53,820 bases of DNA, from contig CAYYAG010000001.1 in NCBI GenBank assembly GCA_964470005.1, forward strand, positions 9,832 to 63,651, in the 5' to 3' direction. The notes under the pieces are model-generated. The model made no database searches, was not told the origin of the DNA, and was given only the letters and a program-made list of their open reading frames with translations. Source of the stretch: an uncultured Muribaculaceae bacterium (GTDB lineage Bacteria > Cyanobacteriota > Vampirovibrionia > Gastranaerophilales > Gastranaerophilaceae). The position numbers and the translations under genes were made by a program. Shown in pieces: positions 1 to 8,744 of this stretch (the first letter of the stretch is position 1; each line of letters begins with the position of its first letter).

Positions 1-151
1 GTCACTGTATTTGTAAATCCTGGATTATACCAACAGCCCATTAATATACCTCTTTTTTATATACTCTATATATATAAACACATACTCAACCCCAATAATT
101 GCCATGATTTTTCACAATGTTAAGCTTTGTAACAAAAAACATATAAAAAAT

Positions 152-179
152 TAAAGTCCAAACCTAAAAATGCCGATAA
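152..179 (+). promoter_or_regulatory. sigma-28 (FliA/SigD)-like promoter motif TAAAGTCC-...-GCCGATAA (TAAA-N16-GCCGATAA)
   Basis: TAAA at 152-155 and GCCGATAA at 172-179, 32 nt upstream of ATG 211. It resembles the E. coli TAAAGTTT-N11-GCCGATAA and B. subtilis TAAA-N15-GCCGATAT consensus. The same layout recurs at 15427-15454. Confidence 0.5.
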
Positions 180-210
180 AATAAATACAAGGAAGAAAAG
201 GGATAAACTG

Positions 211-714
211 ATGAGTCTTAATGTAAATTACACTCAAAATTACAAAACCGGCATTGATACTTCTATATTAAAAGAAGTATCCGCTGAAATTCTTAAAAGA
301 GCGCAAGCAAAAGCTATGAACGCTCAAACCGGTTCAGCAAGAAATGTTTTCGGGACACAGGATTTAGGTTTAGACTTATATCAGGGAAAAGTAGACTCAC
401 AAACAGCACGCCAGATTGCAATGAACAATTCAGGTCTTCAAATTCAGCTCAACCAAAATGTTCTTAACTCAATCAACTTTTTAAACACACAGGCTGCAAA
501 GCAGGTTCAAAAAAATGTTGAAGGTAAAATTGCATTTTCAGTTTATGAAGGCGCAGATGTACAAAAAGCAGCAGAAACTCCAAAATTCAATTCAATAATC
601 AGTTTTAGTGCTGCAAAAGATAAAAACGGTTCAAACCCGTTCTATCACGGTGAACTTTTAGCCAACGGACACAAAAACGAAGAAAAACCGGAAGATACCA
701 GCATATTCTGTTAA
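211..714 (+). CDS. hypothetical protein, 167 aa, Q/N-rich, no recognised family
   Basis: Intact ORF with an AAAGGG purine-rich RBS-like stretch upstream of the ATG. Preceded by the sigma-28-like motif. Confidence 0.6.
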   Translation: MSLNVNYTQNYKTGIDTSILKEVSAEILKRAQAKAMNAQTGSARNVFGTQDLGLDLYQGKVDSQTARQIAMNNSGLQIQLNQNVLNSINFLNTQAAKQVQKNVEGKIAFSVYEGADVQKAAETPKFNSIISFSAAKDKNGSNPFYHGELLANGHKNEEKPEDTSIFC

Positions 715-1082
715 TAAAAATCTTCATCTTCGGTGTCATCGTTAGTATTAATTTTTAAAGATTCCTCAAGTTTTTTATTTTTATTATTGATATCCTCTTT
801 GGAGTTACCTTTGAGGGTAATCTTTTTTTTCTTGGCATTGATAACATCTGCAACATTCATCATTGCAAGTGAATTCAGGGTAGCACGCAAAACAGCACTT
901 TGGTCCATGTATTTATTTTGTTCCTGAGCCTCATCATCTTCACGCTTTTGCTGCGCAAAGTATTCACCGCCCTGACCCATTTTGTCATCCTGAGTTCTGG
1001 CTGCCGTTCCGGAGATATCGCCGCTTTTAAAGTTAAATGCGCCACCAATTCCGAAAAATCCTGCTGACCTGTTATCGACCAT
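711..1082 (-). CDS. hypothetical protein, 123 aa, Gly-rich N-terminus and acidic/K-rich C-terminus
   Basis: ORF with an AAAGGG RBS-like element before the ATG. Its stop codon overlaps the stop of the convergent 211-714 ORF in TTAA (711-714). Confidence 0.5.
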   Translation of the reverse strand: MVDNRSAGFFGIGGAFNFKSGDISGTAARTQDDKMGQGGEYFAQQKREDDEAQEQNKYMDQSAVLRATLNSLAMMNVADVINAKKKKITLKGNSKEDINNKNKKLEESLKINTNDDTEDEDFY

Positions 1083-1203
1083 AAACTTATACCCTTTGTG
1101 TTTATTAGATTATAACTAACCTGATGTAATTTTAACTCCACTAAATAAATTAATTTGCTACAATGTAAAAAAATATTTACATACACAAATTATACCATTT
1201 TTA

Positions 1204-1235
1204 TTGAAAAATACAATAAACTATGTTACTATAAT
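1204..1235 (+). promoter_or_regulatory. sigma-70-like promoter for the pilin-like gene pair (TTGAAA-17-TACTAT, overlapping TATAAT)
   Basis: TTGAAA at 1204-1209, TACTAT at 1227-1232, TATAAT at 1230-1235, followed by an AGAGG RBS and ATG at 1256. Confidence 0.5.
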
Positions 1236-1255
1236 GATTAAAAAGAGGTTATTAT

Positions 1256-1924
1256 ATGCAAAAGACTAATGCATTTACTTTATCGGAATTATTGGTAGCC
1301 GTTGGGGTTCTGGGCGTATTATGCGCCATTGTTATGCCTGCAATAACAAAGAACAACCCAAATCAAAATAAAATGATGATGAAGAAGGCATATAATGTAT
1401 TTATTGATATAACCAATGATTTAATAAATGATCCAAGCCAATATCCTGCCCTATACGGATTATGTCCGGATAATGGCGATAGCGGATATCTCGGCTTTGA
1501 TTGCGCAGAAACAACTTCAAAACTTCCGTATCTTTTCTCAAAAAGACTGGCTTTATCTACAAAAATTGATAATGAAAATACTATAAAGACCAATGCTACA
1601 TATTCACGCAGCGGACTTACAAACTGTAATGGCGTAGGATCTTCCTGTTATTATTACACAACAGAGGATAACATGACGTGGGCATTTGAAAAGTCCAAAT
1701 TGACAAAAGGAAGCTATACCGACAGTATTCTCATCGGTGTAGATGTTAATGGTGACAGAAAACCTAATTGTTACCAGGGGAGTAGTGCCGACAATTGCCA
1801 AACAAGAGACAGTAATTTTGATCAATTTAGACTAGAACTTTATGCAGACGGAAAAGTAAAAATATATGAGAATGATGAATGGGCAATGGAAGCAATACAA
1901 GCAAGTTCATCTTTAATTGAATAA
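1256..1924 (+). CDS. type IV pilin / pseudopilin-like protein with prepilin-type N-terminal cleavage/methylation motif
   Basis: N-terminus MQKTNA|FTLSELLVAVGVLGVLCAIVMPAI: short basic leader, F+1, E+5, then a hydrophobic helix. 222 aa. Paralog of the next gene. Confidence 0.8.
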   Translation: MQKTNAFTLSELLVAVGVLGVLCAIVMPAITKNNPNQNKMMMKKAYNVFIDITNDLINDPSQYPALYGLCPDNGDSGYLGFDCAETTSKLPYLFSKRLALSTKIDNENTIKTNATYSRSGLTNCNGVGSSCYYYTTEDNMTWAFEKSKLTKGSYTDSILIGVDVNGDRKPNCYQGSSADNCQTRDSNFDQFRLELYADGKVKIYENDEWAMEAIQASSSLIE

Positions 1925-1935
1925 GTTGGAGGAAT

Positions 1936-2604
1936 ATGAAAAAAACAGCTTTTACTTTATCAGAATTAATGATAGCCTTAACTGTACTTGGCATTTTGTG
2001 CGCAATACTACTGCCAGCAATAATGAATGCAATGCCGAATCAAAATAAAATAATGATGAAAAGGGCATATTACACAACAGCAACTGTAGTAAGTGACTTG
2101 ATTAATAATCCAAATTTATATCCGTCAATCAATTCAAGCGGCGACTCAACTGTAGGATTTGATAATACCGACAGTGTAACTTATGGCGGAAATACTTATA
2201 GCGGAGAAACAAAATTTATAGAATTGTTTGCCGCACACCTGAATATTGATGGGGATATTGAAGATGAATGTTCAGATTTTTCTATTCCCTCTCAAGATGA
2301 TCTACAAGTAGCATCTTGGAGCGCTTGCAGAACCTTTACCACGCCTGATGGTATAAGCTGGGATTTACGTACTCCTTCTGGTACTTCTATTACCTATGGA
2401 AAACTGACTTACATATATGTTGACGTAAACGGCGATAATAAACCAAACTGTCTTGAAGGCGATACAAGTAAAGACTGTGGAAATAGAACAAAAAACTTTG
2501 ACCAGTTTTATATGATAGTAGCTCAAGACGGTGCTATTACCATTCCGGAATCGCAAACCTGGGCAAGAGAGGCTATACACGTAAGTTCCTCTTTGACAGA
2601 TTAA
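1936..2604 (+). CDS. type IV pilin / pseudopilin-like protein, tandem paralog
   Basis: N-terminus MKKTA|FTLSELMIALTVLGILCAILLPAI. Shares PNQNK.MMK.AY, VDVNGD.KPNC, NFDQF and SSSL motifs with the upstream gene. Also 222 aa, with a GGAGG RBS. Confidence 0.8.
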   Translation: MKKTAFTLSELMIALTVLGILCAILLPAIMNAMPNQNKIMMKRAYYTTATVVSDLINNPNLYPSINSSGDSTVGFDNTDSVTYGGNTYSGETKFIELFAAHLNIDGDIEDECSDFSIPSQDDLQVASWSACRTFTTPDGISWDLRTPSGTSITYGKLTYIYVDVNGDNKPNCLEGDTSKDCGNRTKNFDQFYMIVAQDGAITIPESQTWAREAIHVSSSLTD

Positions 2605-2627
2605 TTTTATGTTATAATAAAAAAGAA

Positions 2628-2967
2628 TAAAGCAGCCGGATAATCGCGCAGAAATGTGAGGAAAGTCCGTGCATTCAAGGACAGGCTGCCGGGGAAAGCC
2701 CGGACGGTGTGAACCGGTGGAAAGTGCCACAGAAATGTAGACTGCCGATGGATTTTAAATCACAGGCGATGGTGCAACGGTGAGTTAAGAGCTTCACCGG
2801 TGATATCGAGAGGTATCAGCCAGGTAAACCCCAGCCGAATGCAAGATTAACTCGAAGGTTATAAAGGCTGTCCGCCCACTTCGGAAAAATCGCTAGAGTT
2901 TGCGGGCAACCGCATCCCCAGACAGATGATTATCTAGAAACAGAACACGGCTTACGAACTGCTTTAT
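2628..2967 (+). ncRNA. rnpB: RNase P RNA (bacterial type A)
   Basis: Hallmark conserved strings are present: GAGGAAAGTCCG, GAAAGTGCCACAGAAA, GCCGATGG and ACAGAACACGGCTTA. The P1 helix pairs AAAGCAG with CTGCTTT, followed by a T-run. A GC-rich island in AT-rich DNA. Confidence 0.9.
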
Positions 2968-3083
2968 TTTTTTAACCACCAACTTAAAAAATACTGAATA
3001 GTCCGAACAACACCGGATATGATGTTTACAGCAGTGTAAACAATTTGTCATGTAAGATAACTATTTTGTAATATAATATTCTT

Positions 3084-4169
3084 ATGAAAAAAATAAGTAT
3101 AATTGGTTCAACCGGATCCATAGGAAGACAGGCTCTTGAAGTTATCGAAAAACTTCGGGATAAATTTGAAATAATTGCACTTGCAGGCGGACAAAACAGG
3201 GAACTTTTAGAAACTCAGGCTAAAAAATTCAAACCACGATACACTGTTCTCGGAGAACAAGGGCTTGAGAAAATATGCTCTGACAAGGAGAATGACATAA
3301 TCCTTGTAGCATGTTCGGGCAAAATAGGTTTAAAACCGACACTGACCGCCATTAAAAACGGTATAAATATAGCGCTTGCAAATAAAGAAACTCTTGTTAT
3401 GGCGGGTGATATTGTAATGCAGGAAGCCCAAAAATACGGTGTAAAAATTATTCCCGTAGACAGTGAACACTGTGCGATTCACCAGTGTATAAAAGATATT
3501 TCTCAAGTAGATAAATTGATAATTACAGCCTCCGGCGGACCATTTTTGCATAAATCAATTGATGAAATAAAAACTGCAACGGTAAAAGAGGCTTTGGCAC
3601 ATCCAAAATGGCATATGGGGAAAAAGATTACGGTTGACAGTGCAACTTTAATGAACAAGGGTCTGGAAATTATAGAAGCACATCATCTGTTTGGCTTTGA
3701 TTATGACGACATAGAGGTTGTTGTGCATCCTCAAAGTATTGTACACTCAGCCATTGAATATAAAGACGGAAGTGTTATAGCACAGTTAGGGCTGCCAAGC
3801 ATGCATATTCCTATTCAATATGCAATTTCATACCCGAAAAGATTTGAGGGGATAAAATCAAAAAGTTTTAGTTTCACGGAAATTGCTCGGCTTGATTTTG
3901 AAAAACCGGACTTTGAAAAGTTTCCATGCATAAAGCTGGCATACCAAGCAGGAAAAACTGGCGGAACAATGACGACATGTCTTAATGCCGCAAATGAAGA
4001 AGCTGTTTTTGCCTTTTTGGACGGCAAAATAAACCTTTACAATATATATGAAACAGTTGAAAAAATAATGTCAACTCATCAAACAATTCAAAATCCGACA
4101 ATTGATGAAATCTTTGACATCGATAAAGAAACCCGCGAAAAGACAAAAGAATTTATTTCTCACTATTAA
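3084..4169 (+). CDS. dxr: 1-deoxy-D-xylulose 5-phosphate reductoisomerase
   Basis: N-terminal GSTGSIG NADPH motif, LANKE, DSEH, and full-length similarity to Dxr (361 aa). Confidence 0.95.
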   Translation: MKKISIIGSTGSIGRQALEVIEKLRDKFEIIALAGGQNRELLETQAKKFKPRYTVLGEQGLEKICSDKENDIILVACSGKIGLKPTLTAIKNGINIALANKETLVMAGDIVMQEAQKYGVKIIPVDSEHCAIHQCIKDISQVDKLIITASGGPFLHKSIDEIKTATVKEALAHPKWHMGKKITVDSATLMNKGLEIIEAHHLFGFDYDDIEVVVHPQSIVHSAIEYKDGSVIAQLGLPSMHIPIQYAISYPKRFEGIKSKSFSFTEIARLDFEKPDFEKFPCIKLAYQAGKTGGTMTTCLNAANEEAVFAFLDGKINLYNIYETVEKIMSTHQTIQNPTIDEIFDIDKETREKTKEFISHY

Positions 4170-4254
4170 ATTCCTATAAATACTCAAAACTCAGGTACTT
4201 TCCCAAAAAATTATTTTTTAAACTCCGAAGAAATTAACGATTTTTACAGATGAA

Positions 4255-6456
4255 TTATAATATATCCAGCGGATCCACGTCTATTGTGAGTTTTATATCT
4301 TTAGGCATGGTAATTTTATTTATGAAACTCGAAATAAATCTGTGACCTTTTTCATCCATTTTATTTTTTATAAGGATTTGAAATCTGTATTGGCTATTTA
4401 GTCTTTCAATAACACAACTGGTCGGTCCTAATACCTCAAGCCTTTCGGATATTCCATACTTTTCAATCATTGTGCAGAGTCTTAAGGCTATCTCCTGAGC
4501 TGATTTTTCCGCACGAAAATTATTTTCGGAAGCCAGAACAAGTCTTATAACCTGACTGAATGGCGGATAGTCAAATTCTTCACGAGCAATTATTTCTTTT
4601 TCATAAAATTCAACGTAATTTTGTGATTTTGCACTCTCTAGTGCATAAAACTCAGGATTATATGTTTGAAAAAACACTTTCCCCGCAAAATCACCGCGTC
4701 CGGCACGTCCTGCAACCTGTGTTAAAAGTTGAAATCCCCGCTCCGATGCTCGAAAATCAGGCAGGTTAAAACTTGCATCGGCTGAAATCACCCCGACAAG
4801 TGTTACATTGGGATTATCCAGCCCTTTGGCAATCATCTGAGTTCCAACTAAAATATCTATATCACCTTTTTGAAAACGTTCCAAAAGTCTTATATGTTCA
4901 CCTTTTCTGACAAGTATATCACTGTCAATACGTTCTACCGTTTTATCAGGATAAAGCTCTTTAATATACTGTTCAATTTTTTGAGTACCAGTACCACTGT
5001 TTTTTAAGGCATCAGAACCGCATTCAGGACAAAACTCCGGAAATCTCTCAATATGATTGCAATAATGACATTTAAGACGTTGATCTTTAGCATGCCATAT
5101 CATTGGAATTGCACAATTAGAGCATTCAATCACATGCCCGCATGCCTGACACTGAGTAAAAGTCGAAAAACCGCGTCTATTTATTAATAATATAACCTGC
5201 TGTCCGTTTTCTAAGGTTTCATTAATCGCGGTTTGCAACGGTTTAGAAATAACATTTTTATATGCTGCACGACCGTATTCCTGCATATTTATAACGGTAA
5301 CCGGCGGGACTTTTGCATCATTATATCTTTTTTTCATCTCAAATAGGTTTCCTGAATTAACCGCATTGTAATAGACAGAAATATCCGGTGTGGCAGACCC
5401 GGACAAAAGCGGACAGTTGTGAAATTCCGCAAGCTTTTTGGCAACAACTCTGGCATCATATCTTGGTGCAGGACTTGTTTGTTTATAGGCTCCTTCGTGT
5501 TCTTCATCAATAATTATTAAACCAATATTCTGAAGCGGTGCAAAAACAGCAGACCTTGCTCCAGCAAGAATTTTAATCTCATTTTTATAAAGCTTTTGCC
5601 AGACATCATAACGCTCTCCGTCAGATATACTGCTATGCCAGATGGCAACATCTTCTGTCCCAAACTTTTTAGCCAGACGCTTTGTAAGCTGAGATGCCAG
5701 TGCTATTTCCGGCACCAGAAATAAAACATTTTTGCCGGATTTGATTGTGTCGTCAATAAGTTTAAAATACACCTCTGTTTTTCCGCTTGCCGTTACACCA
5801 TGAAGAAGAATTGTTTTATTCGTTTTAACTTTTTCCTTAATCCCTTCATATACTTTTTGTTGTTCCGGCGAAAGTTCAAAAAGTGGTTCTTTTTCAGTTA
5901 TTCTCAAGACATCAAGCGGATTTCTGTATAAATCTTCGGATGTAATTTTCAAACATCCGAGCTCCTCCAGCTTTTTTATAGTTGCCCGTGTTGTTTTTGC
6001 CTGCTTTTCAAATAATCCTAAATTCACTTTACCTGTTTTTTGTAATATTTCCAGAACTTCTTTCTGTCGTTTTGTAGCCCCGTCGAATTTTATAAATTCA
6101 ACGGTCAGCTCTGTTCTGGAAGCTTTTTCAATTAGTTTTAAAGGTATTGCCGCATTCAAAACTGTTACTAAGTCACAACAGTAATAGTTTGCAATCCACT
6201 CAAGAAGTTTTAAATAATCTATTGAAAACAATGGCTTTTCATCAAGAATTTTATTTATCTTCTTTACTTTAAAATCACCCGGTAAATAATCCGAAAAGCC
6301 AACACAAAAAGCATTAACCAATCCCTGCCTGCCAAAAGGAACCAGAATAGCCTGACCGATTTGGATTTTATCCTTCATCTCATCAGGAATTAAATAACTG
6401 AAAGTTTTTACTCCCAGCCCTTTTATATTTACGAGTGCATGAGCATACTTTCCCAT
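4255..6456 (-). CDS. priA: primosomal replication restart helicase PriA
   Basis: Walker A GVTASGKTEVY, DEEH box, an internal Cys-rich zinc module (CQACGH..CSNC..CHYC..CPECGS), and helicase C-terminal motifs. 733 aa. Confidence 0.95.
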   Translation of the reverse strand: MGKYAHALVNIKGLGVKTFSYLIPDEMKDKIQIGQAILVPFGRQGLVNAFCVGFSDYLPGDFKVKKINKILDEKPLFSIDYLKLLEWIANYYCCDLVTVLNAAIPLKLIEKASRTELTVEFIKFDGATKRQKEVLEILQKTGKVNLGLFEKQAKTTRATIKKLEELGCLKITSEDLYRNPLDVLRITEKEPLFELSPEQQKVYEGIKEKVKTNKTILLHGVTASGKTEVYFKLIDDTIKSGKNVLFLVPEIALASQLTKRLAKKFGTEDVAIWHSSISDGERYDVWQKLYKNEIKILAGARSAVFAPLQNIGLIIIDEEHEGAYKQTSPAPRYDARVVAKKLAEFHNCPLLSGSATPDISVYYNAVNSGNLFEMKKRYNDAKVPPVTVINMQEYGRAAYKNVISKPLQTAINETLENGQQVILLINRRGFSTFTQCQACGHVIECSNCAIPMIWHAKDQRLKCHYCNHIERFPEFCPECGSDALKNSGTGTQKIEQYIKELYPDKTVERIDSDILVRKGEHIRLLERFQKGDIDILVGTQMIAKGLDNPNVTLVGVISADASFNLPDFRASERGFQLLTQVAGRAGRGDFAGKVFFQTYNPEFYALESAKSQNYVEFYEKEIIAREEFDYPPFSQVIRLVLASENNFRAEKSAQEIALRLCTMIEKYGISERLEVLGPTSCVIERLNSQYRFQILIKNKMDEKGHRFISSFINKITMPKDIKLTIDVDPLDIL

Positions 6457-6473
6457 AACGCTCCGATTGGGTT

Positions 6474-6710
6474 TTAGACTTCGTCAGACATGAATTCTTT
6501 GCGCGCATCTTGTATTGCTTCTTCCAAAAGATCAAGCTGTTCGGGAGTAAAAGTTACACCTTTTTTGGTCGGAAGCCAGCTTGCACCGCCATCAGTTGTA
6601 TAAAATATTCTCATATTAAGATAACTTTTTCCCTTGTATTCACTAATCGAAATCTGCAACTGTTCTGTGTCTGTTCTTTCAATAGTTGCTAAAATTTTTG
6701 CATCTGCCAT
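6474..6710 (-). CDS. PC4/YdbC-like small ssDNA-binding-fold protein (78 aa)
   Basis: Pattern E..RISISEYKGK.YLN.R.FY....G.W.PTKKG... is typical of the bacterial PC4-like (YdbC) family. Ends 17 nt upstream of the priA start, on the same strand. Confidence 0.6.
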   Translation of the reverse strand: MADAKILATIERTDTEQLQISISEYKGKSYLNMRIFYTTDGGASWLPTKKGVTFTPEQLDLLEEAIQDARKEFMSDEV

Positions 6711-6787
6711 AATTTTTTCTCCTTAACTAAGATTATAATACCACAAATTTTTTGTTTTATGCTAAAATGACAAAAAGGAGAGAAATT

Positions 6788-7537
6788 ATGATAAAAGTTG
6801 CAGTATGCGGAGCAATAGGTAAAATGGGTAAAGAAGTTGTTAATGCAATAATGGACTGTCCGGAAACCGAACTTGCAGCAAAAATTGATATTGCATCAGA
6901 TGAAATGTATCATTCAATTGAAGAAGCTAACAGGGTTTGTGATATTGATGTAGTTATTGATTTTACCCAGCCAAAATCAATTTTTGAAAATGCAAAATAC
7001 TGCTTGACTAACGGAATAAAGATAGTAATCGGCACAACAGGCCTTACGGATAATCAAATTGATGAACTTGAAAAACTCTCAAAAACAAATAATACCGGCT
7101 GTTTTATTGCCCCGAATTTTTCGACGGGCGCTGTCTTAATGATGAAATGCGCAGAGCTCTGCGCAAAATATTTTGAAAATGCTGAAATTATTGAACTTCA
7201 CCATAATCAGAAAAAAGACGCACCCTCAGGTACCGCATTAAAAACAGCATTTATGATGTCAAAAGCAAAAGAAAGCTTTACTACAGGTAATTGCCTTGAA
7301 ACAGAAACACTTCAAGGTGCAAGAGGCGGAAGCTCCTACTCTGATATCCATATACATTCTGTCAGAATGCCGGGTTATATGGCATCTCAAGAGGTAATTT
7401 TCGGATCTATGGGGCAAACCCTGACAATCAGACACGATTCAACAGACAGGAAATGCTACATGCCGGGGATTTTACTTGCAGTCAGACATGTTTATGAAAA
7501 AAATGATTTTATATACGGATTAGAAAATATATTATAG
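6788..7537 (+). CDS. dapB: 4-hydroxy-tetrahydrodipicolinate reductase
   Basis: MIKVAVCGA.GKMG NAD(P) motif and ELHHNQKKDAPSGTA active-site motif. AGGAGA RBS before ATG 6788, so the track's earlier start is unlikely. Confidence 0.9.
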   Translation: MIKVAVCGAIGKMGKEVVNAIMDCPETELAAKIDIASDEMYHSIEEANRVCDIDVVIDFTQPKSIFENAKYCLTNGIKIVIGTTGLTDNQIDELEKLSKTNNTGCFIAPNFSTGAVLMMKCAELCAKYFENAEIIELHHNQKKDAPSGTALKTAFMMSKAKESFTTGNCLETETLQGARGGSSYSDIHIHSVRMPGYMASQEVIFGSMGQTLTIRHDSTDRKCYMPGILLAVRHVYEKNDFIYGLENIL

Positions 7538-7545
7538 AGGGAACA

Positions 7546-8562
7546 ATGAAAAAACCAAATATAGCAATTTTAGGCGCAACAGGCGTTGTAGGCCGTGAAA
7601 TCTTAAAAATTATGGATGAGCTTGATGTTCAATATAATGAACTCAAACTCTTATCAAGCGCAAAAAGTGCCGGCACAGAGCTGGAATTTCAAGGCAAAAA
7701 ATATATTGTCCAAGAGGCAAAACCTGAATCTTTTGACGGAATAAATATAGTAATTGCATCGGCAGGAGGATCTACATCACAAAAATTTGCTCCTGAAATC
7801 GTAAAACGCGGCGGAGTTTTAATTGATAACTCGTCTGCCTTTAGGATGGATTCTGATGTCCCACTTGTAATTGCAGGCGTAAATGATAATGACCTTGAAA
7901 ATCATAAGGGAATTATTGCAAATCCGAATTGCTCAACTTCACAATTGATGCTTGTTTTAAAACCCCTTCATGAAACGGCACAGATTAAAAGATTAATAGT
8001 ATCAACTTATCAATCTGTATCAGGCGCCGGACTCGCTGCAATGAATGAACTTACAGCAGACACAAAAGCCAACCTTGCCGGTGAAAAGTATCAAAATGTC
8101 TGCTTTAAAAAACCAATTTCTTTTAACGTAATTCCACAAATTGATGTATTTTGTGACAACGGTTATACAAAAGAAGAAATGAAAGTCTCAAATGAAACCA
8201 AAAAAATTCTCCACCTCGCACCAGATACCCCAATTTCCTGTACAGCGGTAAGAGTTCCTGTATATAGAGGTCATAGTGAAGCTGTAGATATAGAGTTTGA
8301 AAGAGAAATTACACCGGATGAAGCCAGAAAAATTCTACAAAATGCATACGGTGTTAAGGTTATTGATAACCCTGAAAATTATGAATATCCGACAACACGT
8401 GATGCGGAATTTGCAGATCCTGTTTTTGTCGGCCGAATAAGAAAAAATATAGCTTTTAAAAACGGTATAAGTCTGTGGTGTGTTGGGGATAACCTTAGAA
8501 TAGGTGCTGCCCTTAATACTGTAAGAATTTGTAAAAAAATTACAGAAAAGAATTTGTTCTGA
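7546..8562 (+). CDS. asd: aspartate-semialdehyde dehydrogenase
   Basis: GATGVVG N-terminus and the NPNCST active-site Cys motif. 338 aa. Follows dapB directly. Confidence 0.95.
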   Translation: MKKPNIAILGATGVVGREILKIMDELDVQYNELKLLSSAKSAGTELEFQGKKYIVQEAKPESFDGINIVIASAGGSTSQKFAPEIVKRGGVLIDNSSAFRMDSDVPLVIAGVNDNDLENHKGIIANPNCSTSQLMLVLKPLHETAQIKRLIVSTYQSVSGAGLAAMNELTADTKANLAGEKYQNVCFKKPISFNVIPQIDVFCDNGYTKEEMKVSNETKKILHLAPDTPISCTAVRVPVYRGHSEAVDIEFEREITPDEARKILQNAYGVKVIDNPENYEYPTTRDAEFADPVFVGRIRKNIAFKNGISLWCVGDNLRIGAALNTVRICKKITEKNLF

Positions 8563-8744
8563 CAAAGATATTTTTTAATTTTTAATAACAATAAAGGAGA
8601 AATACTTCTGCCTAAAATAGGAAACCTTATACAAAAACTCCAAATTAACTGAAAAACAGTTGAACAACCTGATGTAAATAATGTATCAGGACATACAAAT
8701 CTTTTACAAAGTCAGCTTTCACTAAACAGAGTTAATATTGAAGT

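Noticed and set aside
6711-6787. Lysine riboswitch upstream of dapB-asd
   Set aside because: The intergenic region is only about 77 nt and AT-rich. That is too short and lacks L-box features.
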